Positions 12,601-25,500 of a DNA stretch of 64,000 bases are shown here, one piece after another (the stretch's first letter is position 1; each line of letters starts with the position of its first letter). The notes under the pieces were generated by a model that had not been told where the DNA came from, made no database searches, and saw only the letters and a program-made list of their open reading frames with translations. The DNA is from Lingula anatina (Eukaryota; Animalia; Brachiopoda): NCBI GenBank assembly GCA_051362555.1, contig CM120640.1, positions 60,552,788 to 60,616,787 on the forward strand. Direction: 5' to 3'. A program made the position numbers and the translations under genes.

Positions 12601-15600
12601 TTATATCGCAACTTAAACCTATTCTCAACAGCAAAGCTTAAGTGCTCTATCATTATTTGCCATAAAGCAGTTTACTTGACAGACACATAGTGCAGATGGA
12701 ATTATGATCAATACATGTACAAGTAGGTGACAAGAATCCTGATTCTTAAAAGTAAAAGGATACTTTGATGAATGTAATGAGGTCAAATAATGAAAATATT
12801 TTAATATTCCAGCTATGATTTTAATTGAGAAACATCATGATAAGAACTATGATGTCTGTCTGGGGTGTGCAGAGCATGCAAAAAAGATATGAGGTTAATT
12901 AATATGATCTGTTGAGAGACACCGTCTTTCCTTTTAAGAATCCCTAGCTTCAAAGAACTATAATTTTATCAGACAGTAATTATTTGTATAAATACAATGG
13001 ACATGACAAACACCCCATTTCCATAGATTTTTAGATCGATCTATCCCTGTGGGGAGTCTCACTAGATTACTGTCAGCTTGGCCGGCTTAAGCATCTGTCC
13101 CGCCTACTAAAAGCTGTAAGGGGGTAATTAACTATGGTGCCCGCTCGGCTGACTGCAATTTAGCGTGAACCCCCAGGGAGTTAGGTCGATCCAAATCTTA
13201 ATCTCTAGATCGATCTAAATCTCTGGGAAAGCACCCATAGACCAAGCAAAAACCTTAAGTCACCATACCAATCCATAGTCAACAAAAATGCCTTTTATTT
13301 TGCACTTTTCTCAAATAATAATGGAATGTAGACAGTTTTATTCTACTTAAATAAAAAAAATCTCCATCTCAAAAGAGTAAGGCTGGGATACTCTGTTACC
13401 AAGTAGCGCATGAACGAACACATTTCAAGAAAATTTGCTCTTCAACTTTAGGGGTAATTTACTAGGATATTTGTCTACATCTAAATGTCTGCCTTTTAAT
13501 TTTTTATATAACATATAATAACAATAAATTATATTTGGCAAATATAAATTCTTACAATTTGGACTCATACAACTACACTTATATCCATGCATTATCCGCC
13601 TACTTAAATACAAACACACTGAAAACAATTAAAACTGCAAATTTTCTGTAATTTAATCAACACGTTCTAAAATGTTTTCATTTTCTAATCTATGAATAGC
13701 ACTGTATCCAACATCAAGTTGTTTAAAAGCATTTCTTTTTAAAAAATCTATAAAAAGATGGTTGTCTGTGTGAATAAAATATCTTTTAACTTATCAAAGC
13801 TCTCTCACTGTCATTTATTAATTTAGTACACATTTTCTGATAAATTTTATCAGCAGGTAGTTAGTTTGATCTCTTTTCACATAATTAATTCATAATGGAA
13901 CTATCAACAACTCATGCTTTATTTACAAGATTTGGCACTTAAAATAACTGCAGTTTTACAAGTGCGCTTGTAACTGTTTGGACCCATCAAAATTAATCAG
14001 GTTAATTGGTCATGTCGATTGTGCAGGCTGTCTTAAGTAATAGCTGGGCCATTTAATTATCAAGCTCTAAAAGCATTTTGGTACAGATATATGCACAATG
14101 TGAAAAGGACCCATGATTAACTGACTTAAGGACCATATCATTCTGATTAATCTATTGTATTGAAAACTACAATACTAGCAACCTGAGATCATTTTGGGGC
14201 CTACATCTACACAATGGGAAAGAGGTCTATTCACTGTTACACTGATAAAGTTTTTCTTCCATCCAAAATCAAAAATAGTCTAAATAGTTTTGTACTCAAC
14301 TCAAATGCTAATGTGGTGAACCAATATCTTCAAACATATGCTACAATTTGTGAGATCACTAGTTCACTACTTATTAACGCATTTTAGGACCATACCTGCC
14401 ATCTTTCTGCACATAAATACTTTGGTGATTGCCAACATTTTCATCTTCTTCCACTTTGTAGAACAAAATATAACCTTTGGATGTCTAAAGGGAAAGAAAA
14501 TCAAATGAAAAAAGGAAAATTACACAAACGCTGATGAGCGATATGTGTATATTCAAATAAAAAAATGCACTTTTTATATGTAGAGGGAATAAAATATTGA
14601 ATTTCACAGTCTTCTATCTATTTTTCAAATTGTGCTTTTATCCAGGGGCAAGTTTTAAATTCTAATAAACAAGAAAACTGTTACATCTGCTCAAACAATG
14701 GATTTTTACTAAGTGAAAATACAAAGTTTGAATGTAACTGTACACTTAGCTTAGGTCAAGTGAAGAAAAAACATGTCTTGAAAATTCCTTCTAAGGACAT
14801 ATGTTAGTTTGGCACTGTGCATAGTGATGGTTGATAGGTACAGGAAAAACCTTGATGAACAATCCACATTTATTAGCTCAGCCTTTAGCTGTACTTTTTT
14901 CCATGGTAAAATCTGGCGTGCTGTCACACTACTGACACAGACACTTAGCCAAAAGCTAAACATAAGTTAACAAATCTGTTGCATAGATTAGATCTATAGC
15001 ATAGATCCTTACTGTTATGGCTATCATGCTGGAATCTGGTCTCCATTCTGCTGTTCTGTTCTCTCCAAACTCTGATACTGAATTTTCAGATCTTCTAAAA
15101 CTAAGAATTTCAACACAGGGCTGAAAAAAAAAAAAAAAAAAAAAAAGATATGTACAGCTGCTTAATATATTGGTGTGTTCTACAACTGGAATGACATTAA
15201 TTATTGCTCAATTTCTAAAAAGATATTTAATACATTAGTTTTTAAAATGTTGAAAAATGGATATTGTAGGAGAACGATTGGGACCCTTGTTTACAACTTT
15301 AAATAACATTCACTAGTCAAATAAATATTGACGAAGGTTTCAAATTCCAAAAATGACCTGCTCAATACTGTATATTCCGTAATAAAGTATCAAACTGTCA
15401 TACTTTTTCACCGCAATATTCCGCTGCTTTAAGTTAATACTGAGGAGTCGAACTGTGAATTCCTCCTCTAAGCTCTAATTTTTTAAAGAAAAAAACTGTA
15501 AACTTACCTTGCAAAACCATATGCAGAGTGAATTACCGGTAAGGATGGCAAAAAGCGAACGATCCCTGTTGCTTACGATGTAAATGGGTGGCAGTGGGTG

Positions 15601-15648
15601 ATCTTGTGGTATCGAAAGATACTTTGGCCACCCAACTGGGAAATACAT
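641..15648 (-). CDS. RIC1: RIC1 (KIAA1432), subunit of the RIC1-RGP1 Rab6 GEF; multi-exon gene with roughly 30 exons
   Basis: Starts [11 protein letters not shown] (ATG at 15648, exon 15508-15648). Spliced exons give [95 protein letters not shown] and [14 protein letters not shown], all characteristic of RIC1. GT-AG boundaries keep frame where I checked. Ends ...GYDCRIS* (TAG at 641-643). Confidence 0.96.
3736..3786 (-). CDS. RIC1: Putative 51-nt symmetric (phase 2-2) cassette exon of RIC1, encoding [16 protein letters not shown]
   Basis: aacag|TATCGTGTGG...CCAATAAG|gtaagg. The frame is open and compatible with both flanking exons, and skipping also preserves frame. Confidence 0.6.
8105..8350 (-). 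repeat. Tandem repeat of ~52 bp (about 5 copies) made of a RIC1 exon 3' end plus its splice donor
   Basis: Unit ctcatctctctgNcctagRatgttatagcaggccacacaNacaaatcYttac starts at 8105, 8157, 8209, 8257 and 8309. The 8309 copy is the true coding exon end ([12 protein letters not shown]|gtaaag). Confidence 0.92.
8465..8571. repeat. Intronic inverted repeat / hairpin
   Basis: aatatctacactaacttgagct (8480-8501) pairs perfectly with agctcaagttagtgtagatatt (8534-8555). Imperfect pairing extends to taagctt/aagctta. Confidence 0.8.
13013..13236. mobile_element. Degenerate palindromic MITE-like element in a RIC1 intron
   Basis: Left arm tttccatagatttttagatcgatcta-tccctgtgggg...actagattactgtcagc matches the reverse complement of the right arm gctgactgcaatttagcgtgaacccccaggga...tagatcgatctaaatctctgggaaa. 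GC content is higher than the flanks. No clear TSD. Confidence 0.55.
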
Positions 15649-16310
15649 GGCGTAAAATAAAGATAAATAAGAAATATAGTTGCACGTCAAACTTTTTCCG
15701 CCATGTTGATTAGTGTATCAGCCTTGAACTTGACCCAGTTTGAACCTTTATTTTTATACGATTCAATTTTTATAAATAAACTGTTTATGCTGTACAATGT
15801 CAAATGAATGTGAAAAGTAAATCTTAATCTTCTTGGTTTACTCGGGAAAGTTGTTAATGTTAAGGAATGTAGCATGCTTTGCTGCGGAAATGTCGGAAGT
15901 TGGGGACGGCCTGTGAGAATCGAAAGGATAATGATTGTACGATTATATTCCCTTAATTTGATAAAGATTTTGGCCAAAAGAGTGATGCAAAGTCCAGCTT
16001 TCACACATATTATATAAATTTATACTTAAGTATAATTTCAAGTCCTTTTGGATTCCTATCTTAATATTCAGTTTGATCAATGACAATGAACTATATTGCA
16101 TTCCCCCATCGATTCTTCTCATAGTTGTAGCAACAATGTGGCGATCGATTGCACAGTGAGCACTGATGTTAGGTACTTTTTCAGTAGATGCATAAGTTGA
16201 ACAAAGGAGAAAGTTATTCGTAGACATTATAAAAAACTATTTCCTTGTGAAAACACTTAAACTAACCGCTTTGGGATTGTCACAGCTGGACTTGAAAGCA
16301 TTTGCGGTAA
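15649..16310. promoter_or_regulatory. Probable bidirectional promoter for RIC1 and DYNLT5
   Basis: Locally CpG-enriched region between divergent genes. YY1-type CCGCCATGTT at 15698-15707, ETS-type CGGAAAT/CGGAAGT at ~15885-15900, and a plus-strand donor GCG|gtaagt near 16307 suggesting a non-coding first exon. Confidence 0.55.
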
Positions 16311-17664
16311 GTTTCACTGTATTACTATCACGCTCCACGGCAGGCTACTTGTCATTGGAAGCCAATGTTTACACTACTGGCGGTCTTCAGTCATGAGAGG
16401 AACCGCTTCAGTTGGAGTTAAAGACAAAGAAATATTTCAACTTTCAATATGGAATTCAAATGCGGAAATTAAATGCGTGTAATTTTGTGATGTTAAAACA
16501 GCCTGCTATCATTGTGCCGATTTTCTGCCTTAATTCAGATGATGTACAATGTATTTTCTGAATCAATGAAAATGTTAACGAGACAGAATTCTTTCAGTAC
16601 AAAAAGATATACACCAAACTTTTCAGTTATTTCCTATATTAATAATATGTTCATTGATCTCATTCTCTCATTTACATTTGGTATTACTGGTACATATACC
16701 AAGATTCAGAAGGTTTTGCTGCTACTGTTATAATAGAATAGTTTGAAAGAAAATTGCAAGCTACTTTAACAATTCATGCAGCATCCAGCAATGGCATACA
16801 CTGTATGGTTTAAGGCCTGTGCATGTACAGTGTTCAGGGATTCATTTGGTGTTTATCATTCTGTATAAAATGCCTCATTCAGCTATTATATGAAAATATA
16901 TGTAAGTAATGGGTTTCTCTCAGAGGTGTTAGAAGTGAAATACGATATCATTAAAGTTAAAACTCCCATCACCTACTGGATTTCATACATTCACTGAAGA
17001 CATAAAGCCATAAAACAGATGTACTAGAGTCAGAAAATTGGCTTGTTTATCTTCAGTTAATATGCCAATTAATTTCCCTTAATACATAGACTTAGTAATA
17101 AAACAAAACAGAAATTTATTAGTCAATATCTATACTGCTCTTCAGATTTGAAATGTGGGAAAATACATAGGATTTCTGTTATGATGTCTCCTTTTTTGTT
17201 TATTGATACCTTTTACACATAAATATTGAAAGACATGATACACTCATTTGATTTAAAATTGATTTTTTTTTCATCAAATATTTGTTTACAGTATTACCAG
17301 AAAGTGAAAATCATGTTCCTTACAGGAACAAAGTTTAATGAAAATTATAGGTAAAAAAGATTAATTAATAAATTTCCAAACTAATTTATTTGACTAGTAG
17401 AGACATTGATCAAAGTCACTTAACTTTGATAAACATTGAAAATTAGAGTAATAGGGGGAAGGGGAGAGATTACGGCATAAGTTCCAACTACTTTTGGTGA
17501 AGTGTTTTTTGAGAAATCTGTTTCAAAAATATTCTTACTGCTTTTTCTGTCTTCTTTGTGCTACTCCAAAATTGTAAATTAAGCAAATAACTGTCCAATT
17601 GATATACCATACTTTGCATATACACTTGTTCATTTTAAGGTGTCATAAGTTGTAGTACAGGACA

Positions 17665-19124
17665 ATGACCACAGATGTTGCCAGGGACAAGGCAGCTCGG
17701 CTGCTAAAAAGGCGAGGCAGTGCCTCCTCCATGGCGAGTGCTGATGTCCTCAGACCCCCAGATCACAGGCACAAAAAAGCTGGAGCAGGGTAAGAATAGA
17801 TTCTCATTCACTATCCCTGTAAATCGGGATAATAACCATTAAGCCTCAATTCTTTGGACCTTTTGTGTACCTTTATATCAGAGATCTTCTGTAACTATAG
17901 TTGTTTTCTTTAGAAATCATATAGGTAAGAGAGGTTTGATATCACTTATATGAGAATGTAACATTTACACAATAAAATTTACTTGTAGTTTCAAAGAAAT
18001 TGATGACTTATTTTGCATTGCATTTTAGTGAAAATTACTTTTATGCTGATGCTGGTCTTTGTTTTATTAGAAAGGATTCTTTTTTTCAGAAACCTTTTTT
18101 GGCAAGTTATACTTTTACATTTCAAAAACAAAGTTGCCCCATCATAAGTATATTGAACAAATGCAACGTTAAATGTAAATTCATCTCTGTGGGTAAATTC
18201 ATGAGTGAAAATTAAGCTCACAGAACTTCTCATTACTTTTATTATTGTTTTTAACTTTTACCTTTTTATTCAAAAACAATAACAGTAATGTTGAAATGAC
18301 ATATGAAAATACAGCAGTGTTTTGGACAGAACAGCTGTGTTGACAAGGTAACAAAACAATAAAGAGAAACAACATATTTTCTTCAGTGTTTATGGCTATT
18401 AATATATTTTATTTGTTTGAGAATGTTACAAAGCTTTTATCTTAAGACATTTAATAACTTGCTCTCCATGGTGCATAACTGTGTTTGGGTTCTGGAGCTT
18501 GTCGCTTGATTGTGCTTTTAGTTGGCCAAGTTGCATAGTAATATTTCATTGACCCACTTTGTTGCTATGGTTACTGTTTGAGAAGATCTTACAGTAATCA
18601 GAACAGAAAAGAGGCAAGATAAGGTATAAGATAAAGTGATGTTGTTGAGTCAGAAAAAAATCCCAAGCAACCTTTTGCTTTGTTGAAGTATATGTTATAC
18701 CTGAAACTTATTCAAGCTAATTTATATGTTCAGTGTACATATGGTGATGTAATTAGTGTTGTGTATATTTGTTTTCTCAGTCAGTAAGCTCAATAAAGCA
18801 TTTCTTAGGGTAAACAAATGACGTTGCAGTTACTAAGCTGAAAAAATGGATTACAGGACATAAGACTTGCACTACTCTATATTATCAATACTAAAAGGCT
18901 GGATTAATATTAGTAATAATACCTATTACATCTCTGAATCGCCATTCTTAAAACAAAGATGACATCAATTTCATAGGAATAAAAGGTCAGCCTACTGGTC
19001 ATATAGACATACCTTAAATATAACAAAAAAAAGTAGTCACAAGTAGATATGATTTGATCTGTTACAGATAAAGTACTAGCAAAGTTAAAAGATAAAACTT
19101 TTTTCACAGCATTTAGATGTTCAC

Positions 19125-19164
<40 letters not shown>

Positions 19165-21322
19165 AATCCGCTGGGTGCCTAACGACCCCATTACCAGAAA
19201 CATGATATGTGTGGCATTTGTGCAGACTTAAATACCTCATGTCCAGAATAATTTCAACAACTTCAGTACCATGTCTTGTTTGATTAGGCAGGTGCTCAAT
19301 TGCAAGAACTTTTAATGGATTTGACTTTTATACTGGTTATATTTTTACAGTTATGCTGCTTTATTTATGTAGGCAAGAACACAATATCTCTCTACAACAG
19401 CCTTTTGTGAAATCTTTTTTGTAGGTCTAAAATTTGTTGGTTTTCTGCACCCCTATTTATTTACTTTGTAAAGAAAATTAAACAGAGAAATTGGAGCAGA
19501 GTTTTAATAGTGTTTGCTCAGAACATTGTGATAATACTGTACCAAAAGTGCTACCACAAAGATTTCAAGACTTTTTATTTCAAAATAAAATACAGATTTT
19601 TTTACGTATTTAAAAGCAGGTAATTATCCGCGAGGCAATCCCACAAATACTGCAAAAGTTAGGTGGGAGTTGCAAATGCTAAGTAAACATTTACAGCAAC
19701 TAGTCTGTGTTTCTGTGTGAAATTATGAGACAAGCTAATATTAAGGAAATCACATTCAATTTATAGTTTATTATATGGTGAAAAACACAATAAACTTTAA
19801 ACTAAAGCTGGGCAAAGTTATTTTTCTCAAATATTAACAGATTTAGGGCAATATGCATAAATGAAAATGTCATCTGTGTTTGACAGTGTACTAGTGAGTA
19901 GGTATCATACATATATCTGAATTGGTACAATGACCAGATTTAAATATTTCATTTATTTTTCTGTAACTGCCTATTAGAAATGAAAAAAAAGAAAAAAAAA
20001 ACAAAAACAAGCAAACAATAAAACAATAATAATAATAATAATAAGGGAACATTAATGCCTAAAAATTAATAATCTACCATGGTTCACATCATCTTAAGGG
20101 ACTCTATACAGGATTTATCCTTTGAAATTAATTTTTCTCTGGAAAACAGCAAATTTTCTCCCACTCACAAATAATTGCTAGACCCATAAATACACTTATA
20201 TTCAATGTTTTACTCCAGTTTTTAGTTAACAGCTTAGTTATTAATTAGTGACTGGCCATTTAGAATACTATGTCTTCCTGTACATTACAGAAAAGACTTA
20301 TCGATGACATGTATTTTTATTTTGCACTTTTATAGTTTTTAAGGTCTGAATTGGGAAAAATTAGTAGATTTAGATTATAAGACTTAAAAATATGACCTTT
20401 GGAAATTTTCAAAGGTTTACAGTATATCTTTAAAAGTGGAATCTCTTGTGAATTTTTTAAATAAATAAAAACCTCAATATCAACTCTAGCATATGATATG
20501 TTAATTTACTTTTGTCACTTTTGTGTTTTTTCCCCCCTCCAGATCAGTGAGTACAGTGTCTTACCATGATGACCCTGGCCATGAAGACCTACACATGGGT
20601 GGCCATGTTAAGATGGAGAACACATATCAACTGGCACCTAGCACACGGTTTCCAATAGGCTCAGTAAAGGGTATCATTAGGGATGTATTAGATAGCTACC
20701 TGGCAGAGGAGAGATATTCACCTGAACTCTGTAGGCAGATGACAAAAACCATTTCAGAGGTAAAGTGGTGCAGCTTAGGTACCATCCTTGAGAAAAAAAA
20801 ATGCTGTAAGCTAAATTGAAGATTTACCAAAGTCATTTCATGTCAACAGACTGCCTCTGCTCATGCTTACTTCTTTGCAGGTGTATAGGTTTATCATGCA
20901 TATAATGCTCATCATTTTATTTGTAATTTGATAGGTTAAAGTTTTCAGGATTATGTCCGATTTCAGGATTTTCTGTCTTCATTTGATCGTTTTTTTTTTT
21001 TCATACATTCTAAATGCGATGAGAAATTGCGAGCTACATTTTCAGTTATTACAACTTCACCCATATAATTATGATATTCTAGTTTATTTATAAAAAAAAA
21101 CTGTTTTATCATTTCCAGGTGGTAAAAGCCAGAGTCAAGGAGCTGATGATTCCCCGGTTCAAGATCATATGTCTGGTCACTATAGGTCAGCTGAAGGACC
21201 AAGGCTGCCGTGTTAGTAGCCGTTGCCTCTGGGACCCTAGCAATGATACATATGCATCTTATGAGTTTCGCAACAGTTCACTGTTTGCAGTAGGTATGGT
21301 ATTTGGTGTGTACACTGAATGA
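17665..21322 (+). CDS. DYNLT5: Dynein light chain Tctex-type 5 (TCTEX1D1/DYNLT5); exons 17665-17789, 20543-20759, 21119-21322
   Basis: [22 protein letters not shown]...[11 protein letters not shown]...MENTYQLAP...[15 protein letters not shown]|[24 protein letters not shown]...[34 protein letters not shown]. This is a Tctex-1 domain with a TCTEX1D1-like N-terminus. Splice phases are consistent. Confidence 0.92.
18561..18574. promoter_or_regulatory. RFX X-box motif in a DYNLT5 intron
   Basis: GTTGCTATGGTTAC, reverse complement GTAACCATAGCAAC, matches the X-box consensus GTNRCC-AT-RGYAAC. The host is a ciliary-type dynein light chain gene. Confidence 0.55.
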
Positions 21323-22560
21323 CCACACTGTGAACACAAGATGGACAAGTGCCCCAGGTCAAATGTCATGGGACAAGTGGTTAGGGTCAAGTGGCTCAGG
21401 ACAGTTGCCCTGAGACAAGTGCCCTTGCTGAGATTTTAAATTGAGAATATTTAAGTAGAAGTGCTGTGCATTTGCTTTCCTCCGAGACTTCTGTGAAATG
21501 GAAGTTCTAGAAAATGTGCCATGAATTACAGCAATATATTTTCAAGAGAATTAATCATTAAAAATCAAAATTTAAAACAAGTGGCAATTTAATAATCTTG
21601 AAAAAACTGTTATGAATTATTTGTTACCCATGTTATTTTTTTGTGTGTGCATGTTGCATGCATGAGGTTATTATCTCACCTACCAATTTATTAAACACAC
21701 ATAAATACATACAGAGAAGTGTACATGCAAAATTGTACAGTATATTTTTTTCTTCATTGCATAGTTTCAGTTTCTTAAGACTTAAGTTGTTACTCTTTGC
21801 TGCCAATCAGGAAACAACTGTAACAGTTACAGGTCATTTACATTACTGGAATTGTAGAATCATCACAAGAAAACAGGTATAATCTATGCAGCGAATTATC
21901 TTCTAAGTCAATAATAAGGATTGTTTGATCAAGATGTTAATTTATATTTGATACACTTTTTAATGACTTACCGGGGTATATGCATCGTTATTGGGTAAAA
22001 ATCTATTATGTAACATGGTCTTACATCAGGCACTTAATACATTTTGTGAGAGCTGGATTCAGTCTACTGCAAATGTCAGATTTCATTAAATTTCTAGAGA
22101 GATTTTAGGCTGACATTTAAGGGAGATTTACATAAAGAAAACAGGTTAGGACAGTGTATCAGATAGTGACCAAAAAGCCCTATTTTTTGTCCTACAGCCA
22201 TAAATGTAAGGGTAAAAGTGGGCAGTGAGATTGTATTTATATAGTATTTTTACTTTTTTTGCCAAATGAATTTATATTTCATTGAATTGTGAGTGCAAGT
22301 TCTTTTAATGCCAAGCTAAATGATTGATCTACATTCTTTCTTCAATGAATACAAATGAACTCAAACCAAAGACTTTTTTGAAGTACTACTTGCTAGTCAT
22401 AGGCATGTGGATGTTATTTTACGGCTAAACTAGTCTAAGCGGCAGACTTACACTGTTCTGTGTACAAGTTTATTATGTCAACATTTGTCGAACAACATGG
22501 AGGTGTTAACTGCTACATGCAGCAGCAGTTATGCAATGGTCTAGGGTCATATATCAATGA

Positions 22561-25500
22561 TTTATTGTACCACCAGCGTTAGCGCTGGCGGTACACATGG
22601 TTTCGGTCCCGTCCGGATCGTTCCGCCGGCTCCGCCGGCTCCGTTGGCTCCGCCGGCTCCGCCGGCTCCGCCGGACGGCTACCGTTACCGCTTCTCCTCC
22701 TAGGCGGTAAGGCCCCCCGTACCCATCTCTTGGATTTAGGTCACCTATAATCTCAACTCGTTCCACGTAAAATTTGGGCTTTGTCGGTATTGGGGTCTGG
22801 GTGTGGCACTCATTGAAATGCACCCTTGTCCAAAAATGGCAAAATTAAATGCTAATTATCTACCCTACGGAAGGGGTTATGGGAAAAATTTCTACAGACG
22901 GCTTTCCAAAAGTCATATGTGTAGATTTCAAATATGCCCTTGGATTTGACCTTTGACCTTTACTTCAAGGTCAAACGGGCCAAAATTTTCAAAAAAATTA
23001 AATTTTTTACGAAAAAAATTTTTTTTGCCCTGTTTTTCAGACACCACACAGACTTAACCAATAATATTATTGGAAAGTGTTACCCTTCAGGTCATCCTTC
23101 ATCTCCGTGAATTTGGGGTCAATCAGTGCATTTTCACCGGAGTAGCGGCCATAAGATGGCGAAACTGAAAACTGTCTCTAATTCGGGAACCATTAATGCT
23201 AGAGACCCATTCTTTTTTGCATTTTGTAGAGCATGTAAAGCCCAACACTGGAGGTGGTCTCCGTTTTTTTGTATTCCGTACGGTTTTCAAGTTATGCTGT
23301 ATCAGAAAGTACATATTGGTGGTGAAAGCAAAATGTGCAGTACGGTAATGGATAATAAATTTTGAACTCCAGAAAAATAAAACATAAGGCTTGGCAAAGC
23401 AGACAACTTGTGGTCAAAAATGACATTATTTCATCAAATTTGAACTTCTGGAACTTCAGAGCACCTCCCATTTCAAGAATTTTGACCAAAATGACCTTTT
23501 CTTTATTTAAATTAATTTTTGCTGTAGGAAATTTATGGCACATTAAGGTAATTCCAAAATTATAACATTTAGTCCCTTATATCTCCAAAACTGGCAGAGA
23601 TAGGTCCATAGTTACTATTGAAGTTGAATAGGAAGTCATATACTGGCAATCTTACTGTGACCTTGAAATTGACCTTTGACCTACTTTTCACCATGAACTG
23701 AACTTTGCAAATTTTGCTTCCCTTTTATCTCCAAAACTGGCAGAGATAGGTCCATAGTTACTATTGAAGTTGAATAGGAAGTCATATACTGGCAATCTAA
23801 ATGTGACCTTGAAATTGACCTTTGACCTACTTTTCACCATGAATTGAACTATGCAAATTTTGCTTCCCTTTTATCTCCAAAACTGGCAGAGATAGGTCCA
23901 TAGTTACTATTGAAGTTGAATAGGAAGTCATATACTGGCAATCTAAATGTGACCTTGAAATTGACCTTTGACCTACTTTTCACCATGAATTGAACTTTGC
24001 AAATTTTGCTTCCCTTTTATCTCCAAAACTGGCAGAGATAGGTCCATAATTTCTATTGAACTTGAATATGAAGTCATATACTGACAATCTAAATGTGACC
24101 TTGAAATTGACCTTTGACCTACTTTTCATCATGAACTGAACTTTGCAAATTTTGCTTCCCTTTTATCTCCAAAACTGGCAGAGATAGGTCCATAGTTTCT
24201 ATTGAAGTTGAATAGGAAGTCATATACTGGCAATCTAAATGTGACCTTGAAATTGACCTTTGACCTACTTTTCACCATGAATTGAACTATGCAAATTTTG
24301 CTTCCCTTTTATCTCCAAAACTGGCAGAGATAGGTCCATAGTTACTATTGAAGTTGAATAGGAAGTCATATACTGGCAATCTAAATGTGACCTTGAAATT
24401 GACCTTTGACCTACTTTTCACCATGAATTGAACTTTGCAAATTTTGCTTCCCTTTTATCTCCAAAACTGGCAGAGATAGGTCCATAGTTTCTATTGAACT
24501 TGAATATGAAGTCATATACTGACAATCTAAATGTGACCTTGAAATTGACCTTTGACCTACTTTTCATCATGAACTGAACTTTGCAAATTTTGCTTCCCTT
24601 TTATCTCCAAAACTGGCAGAGATAGGTCCATAGTTTCTATTGAAGTTGAATAGGAAGTCATATACTGGCAATCTTACTGTGACCTTGAAATTGACCTTTG
24701 ACCTACTTTTCACCATGAATTGAACTTTGCAAATTTTGCTTCCCTTTTATCTCCAAAACTGGCAGAGATAGGTCCATAGTTACTATTGAAGTTGAATAGG
24801 AAGTCATATACTGGCAATCTAAATGTGACCTTGAAATTGACCTTTGACCTACTTTTCACCATAAATTGAACTTTGCAAATTTTGCTTCCCTTTTATCTCC
24901 AAAACTGGCAGAGATAGGTCTATAGTTACTATTGTATTGAATAGGAAGTCATATACCGGCAATCTTACTGTGACCTTCAAATTGACCTTTAACCTACTTT
25001 TCACCATGAATTGAACTTTGCAAATTTTGCTTCCCTTTTATCTCCAAAACTGGCAGAGATAGGTCCATAGTTACTATTGAAGTTGAATAGGAAGTCATAT
25101 ACTGGCAATCTAAATGTGACCTTAAAATTGACCTTTGACCTACTTTTCACCATGAACTGAACTTTGCAAATTTTGCTTCCCTTTTATCTCCAAAACTGGC
25201 AGAGATAGGTCCATAGTTACTATTGAAGTTGAATAGGAAGTCATATACTGGCAATCTTACTGTGACCTTGAAATTGACCTTTGACCTACTTTTCACCATG
25301 AACTGAACTTTGTAAATTTTGCTTCCTTTTTATCTCCAAATTTACGCTGTATCAAAAAGTACATATTGGTGGTGAAAGCAAAATGTGCAGTACGGTAATG
25401 GATAATTAATTTTGAACTCCAGAAAAACAAAACATAAGGCTTGGCAAAGCAGGCAACTTGTGGTCAAAAATGACATTGTTTCATCAAATTAGAACATCTG

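Noticed and set aside
13900-14170. TAAT-rich putative homeodomain enhancer in the long RIC1 intron
   Set aside because: Such motifs are expected by chance at this AT content. It cannot be supported without conservation data.
22554-22823. Protamine-like ORF (RRSRRSRRSQRSRR)
   Set aside because: It is a translation of the (CCGGCTCCG)n microsatellite inside the HINE, with no gene structure.
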